From a virus, in IMG/VR virus record IMGVR_UViG_3300021962_000025, positions 96,001 to 160,000 of that record: a stretch of DNA of 64,000 bases. One strand, written 5' to 3'. Under the pieces are notes generated by a model. The model did no database searches. It saw only the letters and a program-made list of their open reading frames with translations, and was not told where the DNA came from. Below are positions 44,982 through 53,587 of the stretch, piece by piece (position 1 is the stretch's first letter; each line of letters opens with the position of its first letter). The position numbers were made by a program, and so were the translations under genes.

Positions 44982-45760
44982 GTAAGTTAATAAGAATAAA
45001 TCTAGGTGTCGACCCTGATCACAATTTAGCGGATTTTCCCGTTAATATATATACGGGTACAACTACAGGAGATACAACAAATTGGGGTTTTACAGAAACC
45101 CCCGTTATAACATTTCCTATGGTTATTACCACACCTTTTGAGTTTTGGGTTGACGACGAACTACTCTCTTTTGGTATAAGGTTAGAAAGCGGTGGATGTA
45201 ATAATGTTGATCTTTTGGTTAACGCGCCACGAGTTGATTGTGAAATGTGTATGAATGTAGTACCATACAATGCACCCCAACCGACATCAACTCCCCAACC
45301 AACACAACAACCCACAGCAACACCAATCCCATCATCAACACCTAATTCTACCAATTCACCAACATCAACACCTAATTCTACCAATTCACCAACATCAACA
45401 CCCAATGCGACTCCTAACCCAACACCCAATGCGACTCCTAACCCAACACCCAATGCGACGCCTAACCCAACGGTTGGTACGTCATCTTATTATCGAATAC
45501 AGACTTGTAATAATGCATTAGATATACATGTGCCAAAGAATGTTTATTGTGCTGGTGGATCACTCTCGACATTGACAAACTCGTTTAGTATCGGTGAAAC
45601 CGTACAATTAATATTTGCTAATGGGGGATGTGGGTCGGCAACTTATTGTGGTATCATAGTCGATGAAAATTTCCAAGCACCCTTAAATTCAGAAAATGGT
45701 TATATTTCTAGAATCGTTCCAGTGGGGGGATGTGAAGATGACTCACATTGTGTTCAATAA
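44978..45760 (+). CDS. Modular appendage protein with PT/PN stalk and tip domain shared with 32993..40675
   Basis: IQTCNN...C.GG.....SFSIGETVQ....C..ATYCGII aligns with ITTCNN...CNGG....SFKLGDVVQ...C..ATYCGTI. Confidence 0.7.
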   Translation: MSKLIRINLGVDPDHNLADFPVNIYTGTTTGDTTNWGFTETPVITFPMVITTPFEFWVDDELLSFGIRLESGGCNNVDLLVNAPRVDCEMCMNVVPYNAPQPTSTPQPTQQPTATPIPSSTPNSTNSPTSTPNSTNSPTSTPNATPNPTPNATPNPTPNATPNPTVGTSSYYRIQTCNNALDIHVPKNVYCAGGSLSTLTNSFSIGETVQLIFANGGCGSATYCGIIVDENFQAPLNSENGYISRIVPVGGCEDDSHCVQ

Positions 45761-45810
45761 ACTTATAATTTGATATTTATTAATAAGATTAAAAAGGATA
45801 TATTTTAAGG

Positions 45811-48102
45811 ATGAGTTTTTTAAGTCAAAATAATGCAGAATTCCTCTCAGCAAGGTTAACCCAAAAGGGTAGAAGATCCATTGCTCAAGGAAATTTTCAA
45901 ATTAAATTTTTCCAAATAGGAGATTCTGAATTTGATTATACCGCACCGTTCAATAGTTTGGATGGTATACAAGATAACCCACAACAAAATGTTTTTTCAC
46001 CTTTCGATAAAGACTCACAAGTTAAATACCCGTATAAATTAGATAATTCTGATACTACAACCACATATGGTGTACCTATTATGGATTCTATTACGGAAAC
46101 AATAAGAAACGGAATGGGACCTGCGGGTTTCGTAACTGAACATAAAGAATACGATTCCGTGGAGTGTAGTGGTACGACAATTGAATGTACTAGTATTAGA
46201 TTACCACTATCGGGTTTTACGGGAACTAATACAATTACATTTACTCAGACAATCAATTACGGTACATGTACAGGAATTACTCAAACAGATGAGGATATAC
46301 TTAACATACATAGTTTTAATGATGTTGAATTTATAACAATTGCGTTTGGTAATGAGTTTGTAAATGAGGATCAGGTTGTTACGGGGAACTCCATGAGTCT
46401 TATATATAAGATTACTGGAATAACAACAGTAACAGGTAGTACAACAACACCCAACTGCGATGTTATAATAACAGGACAAACCACATTATATTTAGACAGG
46501 AACACCCCTGACTTATCATCATTGTCGGGATACGCACAAATAATCAGAAATGAGTGTAGAATTGAAAATCCGATAAGTGGCGAAACTTCACCATCTTGTG
46601 TCTCAAATCAGATCGATCCAAGTGAACAACACGATCCATGGACATTAAATGTAGTATGGCAAGAAAAACCAATTGGTTCAGATGTCAGTGGTAACGATGA
46701 AAGTGTAAGTGGTTACACCAGTAGTAAACATATCTCAACTATGGAATATTTGGGTTATGGGATATCAGACGGTCAGGTGACGAATACCGGAACAACGTAC
46801 TACAATTCATATGATGAGGTCATAACGGTGGTCCCTGAAGAACAAAAATGTATTGCGATAATTCACTATTCTGAGTTAGGACATATATTTGATGATCCCG
46901 ATAGATTTTTTAAATACGATGACTATATAGGGTCGTCAAATACTGAGGGTGTGTTGGTCGAAGACGAATTAGTCACTGACATTGAGTTTTTTAACGTATA
47001 TATTCCTTTTATACATTATGAAAATAGTACGGGTACAACTATCGGTGCTGAATTTAAAATGGATATAACCGATTACTATTTAGATTCAACTGTTGCGGGA
47101 ACTCCTGGTGATATAAGAACACAATATATTAAGTACAGATACCTATTAGATGAAATCGGTAAAAAAGTCGGTAAGGTATTCGTTGACAAAAAAATAATTG
47201 TTTTTGACGACCAAGAATTGGTAGCCATATTGGATTATAGATCTAATAGAAGATTTACTTTACCGGCACCAAAAACATACCATATACCAAGTGATAACTC
47301 ACCCGCAAATTCAGTAATATCGGGCGGAACGGCACAGACTTTTTGGATGACTTACATGTTTGAATACACGGGAGATTCACAACTTAATAGTCTACCGTGT
47401 AATTATTTCTCTAAAATAGAAGTTAACTCAGGGGGAGAATGTGATGTGACTTACCCATCTAATATTGCTTTTAAATTTGGAGGAGAAGAGTATCACCCCA
47501 ACACCGTTGGATCATTCCAACACATGAAGACGGCATTTTCTGATGTTATAGATGGTTATGTTGCGGATAGAATGTGGGTGATAATACAAGAAACAACGGA
47601 CGAGGTTGATTTATTACCCGATCCAAAATTGTGGCAAAAAATAGATGTTACTAGTAAAATACCTAACCATACTTTGGGTTCTCTAATAGATCCGTCAGAT
47701 TTGAGAGATCATAGTTTTATTATAACAGGGTTAGAATTTCAAAATGCGAGTCTCTTTGATTTAGAAACTTACTTAAAAAACAATCCATCAGACACAAATT
47801 ATTTGGGAGACTTATCGTACACCAACGAACCACAATTCGGTGACGAACAACCATTCCCCGGAAGTGTCAAATTGGTTAGATGTACAGATATTGAGGAAAT
47901 GAGGTTCTTAGTTAACTTACCTAATACTCAATTTGTAACTACACAGAACCCGACATTCAGTCAAGAACAGAGAAATGCCACTAAGTATGTAACAGAAGTG
48001 GCCCTTTTAGATCAAAACAAAAACGTTTTGGTTACCGCTAAGACATCGTCACCCATTAAAAGGGTTGGTACTCAGGTCTTCTCAGTAAAAATAGATTTCT
48101 AG
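45811..48102 (+). CDS. Tail collar/fibre-attachment protein, gpH N-terminal (DUF3751)-like fold with a large insertion
   Basis: N-terminal ARLTQKGRRSIAQGNFQIKFFQIGDSE and C-terminal VTEVALLDQNKNVLVTAKTSSPIKR...VKIDF; TATTTAT at 45774. Confidence 0.6.
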   Translation: MSFLSQNNAEFLSARLTQKGRRSIAQGNFQIKFFQIGDSEFDYTAPFNSLDGIQDNPQQNVFSPFDKDSQVKYPYKLDNSDTTTTYGVPIMDSITETIRNGMGPAGFVTEHKEYDSVECSGTTIECTSIRLPLSGFTGTNTITFTQTINYGTCTGITQTDEDILNIHSFNDVEFITIAFGNEFVNEDQVVTGNSMSLIYKITGITTVTGSTTTPNCDVIITGQTTLYLDRNTPDLSSLSGYAQIIRNECRIENPISGETSPSCVSNQIDPSEQHDPWTLNVVWQEKPIGSDVSGNDESVSGYTSSKHISTMEYLGYGISDGQVTNTGTTYYNSYDEVITVVPEEQKCIAIIHYSELGHIFDDPDRFFKYDDYIGSSNTEGVLVEDELVTDIEFFNVYIPFIHYENSTGTTIGAEFKMDITDYYLDSTVAGTPGDIRTQYIKYRYLLDEIGKKVGKVFVDKKIIVFDDQELVAILDYRSNRRFTLPAPKTYHIPSDNSPANSVISGGTAQTFWMTYMFEYTGDSQLNSLPCNYFSKIEVNSGGECDVTYPSNIAFKFGGEEYHPNTVGSFQHMKTAFSDVIDGYVADRMWVIIQETTDEVDLLPDPKLWQKIDVTSKIPNHTLGSLIDPSDLRDHSFIITGLEFQNASLFDLETYLKNNPSDTNYLGDLSYTNEPQFGDEQPFPGSVKLVRCTDIEEMRFLVNLPNTQFVTTQNPTFSQEQRNATKYVTEVALLDQNKNVLVTAKTSSPIKRVGTQVFSVKIDF

Positions 48103-48156
48103 TTTAGTATTTACAATATTCAAAAAAAAGCTTATTTATTATTCATAATATATTAT

Positions 48157-48762
48157 ATGGATAATAAGTTTAAAAACAAGGCGAAGATCTTAGGTTTAGA
48201 TATTTCGACAAAGACTATTGGATGGGCGTTATTTGATATAACGGGTTCCCATTTATTAGAATTAACCCATTTCTCACCAAAGATTAAACCACAACCAGAA
48301 GACAAGATTGAAGAATTGTTGAAGAAGGCGGACGGGTTTAGAAAACATCTTGAGAATTATAAAGATATGGGTATCACCAAAGTCATTATCGAAGAACCAT
48401 TATTAAACTCTAATAACGTTTATACTGTGGGTACACTACTTAGATATAATAGTATGGTCTTAAAGTCGTGTTATGATGTGTTGGGTATAGTCCCAACATT
48501 TATCTCCACTTATAATGCAAGGAAGTTTGCATTCCCTGATTTAGTTGGACCAAACGATAAAGGGAGAAATGTTTTGTTCGGTGGATACCCGAAAAATATT
48601 GATAAAAAACACGTTATATGGGAACATGTGAATGATTTGTTTCCTGAAGTTAAATGGGTTCAAACTAAGACGGGTAACCTCAAAAAAGAGAATTACGATA
48701 TGAGCGATGCCGCTACGGCGGTTATTGGGTACGTGAATAAATTAAAGACGGAGAAAAGTTAA
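48157..48762 (+). CDS. RuvC-like Holliday junction resolvase
   Basis: ILGLDISTKTIGWA, VIIEEP, DMSDAAT (RNase H-fold acidic residues). Confidence 0.8.
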   Translation: MDNKFKNKAKILGLDISTKTIGWALFDITGSHLLELTHFSPKIKPQPEDKIEELLKKADGFRKHLENYKDMGITKVIIEEPLLNSNNVYTVGTLLRYNSMVLKSCYDVLGIVPTFISTYNARKFAFPDLVGPNDKGRNVLFGGYPKNIDKKHVIWEHVNDLFPEVKWVQTKTGNLKKENYDMSDAATAVIGYVNKLKTEKS

Positions 48763-48769
48763 AAGGTAC

Positions 48770-48801
48770 TTTACTTTTTATTTTTAATTACGTATATTTA
48801 T
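48770..48801 (+). promoter_or_regulatory. TTTACT-N17-TATATT promoter with overlapping TATTTAT motif, upstream of the candidate small RNA
   Basis: Exact 17-nt spacer; TATTTAT at 48795-48801. Confidence 0.5.
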
Positions 48802-48804
48802 TTA

Positions 48805-48874
48805 CGGACGGGGCGTGTAGCAATACACGTTAGTTGGTGTGTCCCAGGGAGTGGTGTCCCTGGGACTTTTTTTT
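48805..48874 (+). ncRNA. Candidate ~70-nt small RNA (GNRA hairpin plus terminator)
   Basis: CGTGTA-GCAA-TACACG hairpin at 48814-48829, then the terminator hairpin; a GC-rich island in an AT-rich intergenic region. Confidence 0.45.
48841..48874 (+). terminator. Rho-independent terminator
   Basis: gtcccaggga-gtggtg-tccctgggac (perfect 10-bp stem) followed by T8. Confidence 0.85.
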
Positions 48875-48900
48875 CTCATTTTTTTTTCGTATATTTTAGT

Positions 48901-49842
48901 ATGATGACCCAAGAAGTAGACTTCATACCCATAGTTGATGTACTCCACGACGTTTTCGGTGACAGCCGTTACCATAACGAGTATAGGGGTCAAATTACTT
49001 TTGACTGTCCCGTATGTTCTCATGATATAAAAGGATTGGATGATGGGGATGGTAAAGGTAATTTGGAGATTAACTATAAAATGTATGTCTATAAATGTTG
49101 GGTCTGTGCGGAGACTCACGATACTCATGGACACTTAACCAAACTAGTAAAAAAATACGGTTCACCTAAACAGATAAAGGATTTTCATTTATATAGTCCT
49201 GAAGAAATAGTTTCAGTTGGTAAGGGGGAATACAAAAAAATAAGACTCCCTAAAGAGTATGTTGATTTTATGGGGGCTAGTGAGGGTAGAAAGATCACCC
49301 ATAGATATAAACAGGCACTTAATTATCTTAAAAGTCGAAACATAACAGACGATATGATAGAGACGTATAAGATAGGGTATTGTGATAGTGGACAATACGA
49401 GAATAGAATTATCATACCGTCGTATGACTCAGAGGACGAAATAAATTATTTTGTTGCTAGATCTTATTTGAGATATAGTAAACGAAAATATATGAATCCA
49501 CAAGCCGATAAGGAAAGTCTAATTTGGAATGAACACCTTATCGATTGGGATAAGCCCGTTTACGTTGTGGAGGGTGCCTTTGACAGTATTTTCCTAAAAA
49601 ACTCTATACCGATGTTAGGAAAGTACATGACAGATAAATTACTTATGATGATTTATGAGAGATCATCAAAAGTGGTAATTGTCTTAGATGGGGATGCGTG
49701 GGCGGACACTGAAAAATTATACCACAAATTAAATGTCGGTAGATTAATGGGTAAGGTGTCTGTAATAAAATTACCCTTAGATATGGATATTGCAGATCTT
49801 AAAGGAGATCTGTCGTCATACAATGAAATAAAACTTGATTAA
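48901..49842 (+). CDS. dnaG: DNA primase (zinc-binding domain plus TOPRIM)
   Basis: CPVC...CWVC zinc motif; RIIIPSYD...YFVAR; VVEGAFD; LDGDA. Confidence 0.88.
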   Translation: MMTQEVDFIPIVDVLHDVFGDSRYHNEYRGQITFDCPVCSHDIKGLDDGDGKGNLEINYKMYVYKCWVCAETHDTHGHLTKLVKKYGSPKQIKDFHLYSPEEIVSVGKGEYKKIRLPKEYVDFMGASEGRKITHRYKQALNYLKSRNITDDMIETYKIGYCDSGQYENRIIIPSYDSEDEINYFVARSYLRYSKRKYMNPQADKESLIWNEHLIDWDKPVYVVEGAFDSIFLKNSIPMLGKYMTDKLLMMIYERSSKVVIVLDGDAWADTEKLYHKLNVGRLMGKVSVIKLPLDMDIADLKGDLSSYNEIKLD

Positions 49843-50696
49843 TGGATTTAAAAAAAGAGTCAGAAAAAATACGGAAATTATTAAATAGGAGGAGAAAGGA
49901 AATTGATCTGACATTTATTGAAGAAGATCACCTTTACTATATGAGAGGTGATGATGGTATTATAAGAAATAATTACCCCTCAGTTTCTAAAGTAATAAAA
50001 TTGTTCTATGAGGAGTTCGATTCAGAGGGTATATCCCTCAGAATGTCTGGAGGAGATAGACAAAAACAAAAGGAATTACTCAAAGAGTGGGAGGATAAGG
50101 GAACCTACGCCACAAATCAAGGGAGTAGGGTACACTTTCTATTAGAAAAAGAACTAATCAAACAATACGGAGACTATAAAAGTGTCAGAGAACCCATTTA
50201 CCAATGTGACTCTGAACAAATAGAACGTAGTGACAATATGATTACGGCGGGTAAAGACTTCCTTAAATTAATGCATGAACGAAATGCGGTTCTTTTAGAT
50301 ACTGAGATTGTTTTGGGTGATCCCGAGTTGGGATATGTTGGGCAACCTGACAAAGTTTGGTTAGTTGAAAATAAATCGGGGACGGACTTCGGGATTTTAA
50401 TAACTGATTGGAAAACCAATAAACCCGAGAATTTTAAAAAACAGAGGTACACTAAAAAAATGTACTCCCCATTCGATAACATTGATAGTACCGCGTTAGG
50501 ACATTACTATCTACAGTTACCGTTTTATGGTAAACTCCTCATGAAAATGTTAGAGGGTACCGAATATGCTGACAAAAAATTATTAGGGTCTATTGTTGTA
50601 TTAGTGAAAGAGGATGGGACATTTGAGGAATATAAAGTACCGTTAGATGTAATTCAAAAAATTCTCTTAATGGATATGAAAAAGGTTTTAAAATGA
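49842..50696 (+). CDS. PD-(D/E)XK exonuclease (Cas4/YqaJ-like, no Fe-S cysteines)
   Basis: PSVSKVI, GSRVHFLLE, GQPDKVWL...ITDWKTNK, HYYLQLPFYG. Confidence 0.8.
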   Translation: MDLKKESEKIRKLLNRRRKEIDLTFIEEDHLYYMRGDDGIIRNNYPSVSKVIKLFYEEFDSEGISLRMSGGDRQKQKELLKEWEDKGTYATNQGSRVHFLLEKELIKQYGDYKSVREPIYQCDSEQIERSDNMITAGKDFLKLMHERNAVLLDTEIVLGDPELGYVGQPDKVWLVENKSGTDFGILITDWKTNKPENFKKQRYTKKMYSPFDNIDSTALGHYYLQLPFYGKLLMKMLEGTEYADKKLLGSIVVLVKEDGTFEEYKVPLDVIQKILLMDMKKVLK

Positions 50697-51196
50697 TAAA
50701 ATCAATTACACCTAAAAAAATAGTTGGATTTACCGCGGGTAACTTCGATCTACTACATCCGGGTTACATATATACGTTTGAGGAGGCTAAAAAACACTGT
50801 GATAAATTCATTGTCTTATTACAGAGAGACCCCTCGTTACACAGAAAATCAAAATATAAACCCGTATTGTCTCTGTACGAAAGGTACAAAGCGTTAATGT
50901 CAATACGGTACATCGATGAAGTGTACACCTACCAAACGGAGGATGAATTGTACCACCTGATAAAATGGATTAAACCTGATGTGAGGATTTTGGGTGAAGA
51001 CTATGTATGGGAAGGTAAAGACGGTAAACCCAAAAAATTTACAGGTGATGATTTAGATATTAAGGTTATTTACACAACAAGATCCCACGATTGGTCAACA
51101 ACCAAAATAAAAGATTTAATAACTAAACAAACGTTAGAACAAAATCCAAACATAATTAATGAAATCAAAGAAAAGGAAAATGAAACGATTGATTGA
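50693..51196 (+). CDS. Cytidylyltransferase-family protein (TagD/RfaE-II-like), HxGY variant
   Basis: GNFDLLHPGY, KPVLSLYER, IKPDVRILGEDY, SHDWSTTKI. Confidence 0.85.
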   Translation: MIKSITPKKIVGFTAGNFDLLHPGYIYTFEEAKKHCDKFIVLLQRDPSLHRKSKYKPVLSLYERYKALMSIRYIDEVYTYQTEDELYHLIKWIKPDVRILGEDYVWEGKDGKPKKFTGDDLDIKVIYTTRSHDWSTTKIKDLITKQTLEQNPNIINEIKEKENETID

Positions 51197-51479
51197 AGAT
51201 TATAAAGAAAACGATAAGAAAGAGATTTGGGTAGATGGGGTACTTTATAATTTTATATACGGATTCTTAGGTGCCATCGTCATCGTGGCCATCACAATTA
51301 AGATTGATATTGGTGTGTTGATTGCGTATCTACTTTACTACTTCTTTTTAGGTAAAATAGTTAATCGACCTAAGTATGTGACTGATTTAGGTAAGTTCAT
51401 TGTATTCCCCGTACCGACTGCGATGGGTGCCTTCATAGGATATAAGATAGCTCCTACATTAATAGGGTTTTTATTATGA
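51180..51479 (+). CDS. Small membrane protein
   Basis: Three hydrophobic segments; ATG 51180 preferred over 51159 (smaller overlap). Confidence 0.6.
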   Translation: MKRLIEDYKENDKKEIWVDGVLYNFIYGFLGAIVIVAITIKIDIGVLIAYLLYYFFLGKIVNRPKYVTDLGKFIVFPVPTAMGAFIGYKIAPTLIGFLL

Positions 51480-51913
51480 GCGACAAGTTTAAAAAAGGTG
51501 TAATTGCAGGAAACTTCGACGTAATCCATCCAGGATACATCGACATGTTTAGAGAGTGTTCTGAGGTTTGTGAAGAGTTCATAATCTTACTACATACAGA
51601 CCCATCAATTGAAAGACCTGAAGAAAAATTAAAACCAATCCTCTCTATTGAAGATAGGTTTAAAATTCTATTTTCTCTTAGGTATGTTTCGAATATATAC
51701 ACATATACATATGAGAAAGATCTAATGGAATTATTAAAAACTATAGAACCAGACGTTAGGTTTTTAGGTGACGATTATAAGGAAAAGACCTTTACGGGAC
51801 AGGAACTAAACATACCCATACATTGGATCAATAGAGACCATGGATGGAGTACAACAAAATTCAAACAATTGATACATGATGAGTATCGTAAAAAAATGAA
51901 ATTAGATGATTAA
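51476..51913 (+). CDS. Second cytidylyltransferase-family protein, HxGY variant
   Basis: GNFDVIHPGY, KPILSIEDR, IEPDVRFLGDDY, DHGWSTTKF. Confidence 0.85.
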   Translation: MSDKFKKGVIAGNFDVIHPGYIDMFRECSEVCEEFIILLHTDPSIERPEEKLKPILSIEDRFKILFSLRYVSNIYTYTYEKDLMELLKTIEPDVRFLGDDYKEKTFTGQELNIPIHWINRDHGWSTTKFKQLIHDEYRKKMKLDD

Positions 51914-52706
51914 GAAAATTATTCACATTGCAGATGTCCACATACGAAGGAATAAGTACCATGACACCTACGAGAGACAATTTGAATTGTTTGTTGAAGA
52001 AATAAAGGAATGTGTGACAAATCATGCATACGAGGAAATAAGGATAGTTATTGCAGGAGATATCGTACACGAAAAGATCAACATCTCAAACGAACAATTA
52101 CTTATCACTTCCAAGTTTCTAAATGATTTATCTGAAATAGGGAAGGTTGTCATAATCCCCGGTAACCATGACTTCTTAGAGAATAATCATGAGAGAATTG
52201 ATAGTATCACACCTATAGTTGATATGTTAAGAAATAATAATATTTCTTATTATAAGGATAGTGGTGTTTATGAAGATGACAATATTAAGTGGGTTGTTTA
52301 TTCATTATACCAACACAATCAAAGACCGGAATTTGAAAAAGAAGAGGGGTTTTACGTCGGACTTTTCCATGGACCCATCCAAGGACTATCAACAGATACG
52401 GGATATGAATTTGAGGATGCATACTCACAATTAAACTTCTCAGGTTTAGATCTACTTCTTTGTGGGGACATACACAAACGACAGGTGTTTGAATTACCTG
52501 ACGGAGGGAGAGCGATCATGGTTGGATCACTAATCCAACAAAACTTTGGTGAGACCGTGAAACACCATGGTTATGGTATTTATGATATGGTAAGTGATGA
52601 ATATGAGTTCCATGATTTAGATAACAAACAACCTTTTCTTCATTTCTCCATAAACGACATCAAAGACATTGATAATGAAAAAGAAATCCTCCTTAATATT
52701 GGATGA
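51906..52706 (+). CDS. sbcD: SbcD/Mre11/T4 gp47-like metallophosphoesterase nuclease (catalytic domain only)
   Basis: HIADVH, IAGDIVH, PGNHD, LFHG, GDIH motifs; sbcC-like gene nearby. Confidence 0.85.
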   Translation: MIKKIIHIADVHIRRNKYHDTYERQFELFVEEIKECVTNHAYEEIRIVIAGDIVHEKINISNEQLLITSKFLNDLSEIGKVVIIPGNHDFLENNHERIDSITPIVDMLRNNNISYYKDSGVYEDDNIKWVVYSLYQHNQRPEFEKEEGFYVGLFHGPIQGLSTDTGYEFEDAYSQLNFSGLDLLLCGDIHKRQVFELPDGGRAIMVGSLIQQNFGETVKHHGYGIYDMVSDEYEFHDLDNKQPFLHFSINDIKDIDNEKEILLNIG

Positions 52707-53229
52707 CGAGTTCGTTGAATTTTGCGACTTAAATGACGTAAAAGACATCAATAAACTCGCAAAGGAAACATTCAATAGAGGGTTTTCAATTCTGAAATTC
52801 GGTGAAACGCCGACACCACTAAAGGGTAAAGAAACCATAAAAGAAGTGGTTAAGGAAGTGCCTGTGGAGGTGGTTAAGGAAGTAGAAAAGATTGTAGAGG
52901 TAGTTAAAGAAATAGAGAAGATAGTCGAAGTTGAGGTTCCTATTGAGGTCATTGTTGAGAAAGAGGTTTACATAACAGACGACCAACAAGTAAAGGAACT
53001 TGGTAGTAAAATTGTCGAGTTGGAAAAACAACTAAAGAAAAAACCTAAAGAGGTAATCAAAGAAGTTGAAAAGATCGTTCAAGTAAATAATGAAGATGAG
53101 TTATTAAAACTTAAAGAAGAGAACGACAAACTCAAAAAGGACTTGGAGAACTTAAATTCGGTTCTGAATAAATTCAACAAAGCAACATATTTAAAAAATT
53201 CCAATCTATCGTCATTGTACGACGAGTAG
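52675..53229 (+). CDS. Hypothetical protein with (V/I)EVVKE(V/I)EKI repeats and a coiled coil
   Basis: ATG 52675 (the track start 52669 is TTG); low-complexity VKE repeats at ~52840-52970. Confidence 0.7.
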   Translation: MKKKSSLILDDEFVEFCDLNDVKDINKLAKETFNRGFSILKFGETPTPLKGKETIKEVVKEVPVEVVKEVEKIVEVVKEIEKIVEVEVPIEVIVEKEVYITDDQQVKELGSKIVELEKQLKKKPKEVIKEVEKIVQVNNEDELLKLKEENDKLKKDLENLNSVLNKFNKATYLKNSNLSSLYDE

Positions 53230-53234
53230 AGGGG

Positions 53235-53263
53235 TTGACTCTTAATTTTTAATTCCGTATATT
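53235..53263 (+). promoter_or_regulatory. Sigma70-type promoter TTGACT-N17-TATATT
   Basis: Exact 17-nt spacer; -10 ends 5 nt before ATG 53269. Confidence 0.6.
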
Positions 53264-53268
53264 TTAAT

Positions 53269-53580
53269 ATGATCGGAATTATATTATTGTGGGGTTTTAT
53301 GGCTTATGGTATGACTACCATTTTAGTCTATGGTTCTATTTTCGAAGGGACACGAGCTTGGATAGTTCGCAATTCAAAGTTTTTTGGTGAATTAATCGGA
53401 TGTCCTTTATGTACATCTACATGGGTTGGGTTCTTCCTTTCCATAACCTTAGGGGGGTTAACAAACCAAATTTTTGATGTAGGGTATTTCACAATCTTTT
53501 TTGATGGGATGTTCACCGCGGGTATTGTTTGGGCGATAAACTCTTTCATTGAATTTTTTGAGGAGAGTAGAATAAAATGA
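53269..53580 (+). CDS. DUF1360-like small membrane protein
   Basis: Hydrophobic helices and the LIGCPLCTSTWVG motif. Confidence 0.6.
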   Translation: MIGIILLWGFMAYGMTTILVYGSIFEGTRAWIVRNSKFFGELIGCPLCTSTWVGFFLSITLGGLTNQIFDVGYFTIFFDGMFTAGIVWAINSFIEFFEESRIK

Positions 53581-53587
53581 AAAATGG

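Noticed and set aside
48802-49134. Minus-strand 110-aa ORF overlapping the primase start
   Set aside because: It is antisense to a well-supported primase, has no recognisable motif, and all credible genes are on the + strand.
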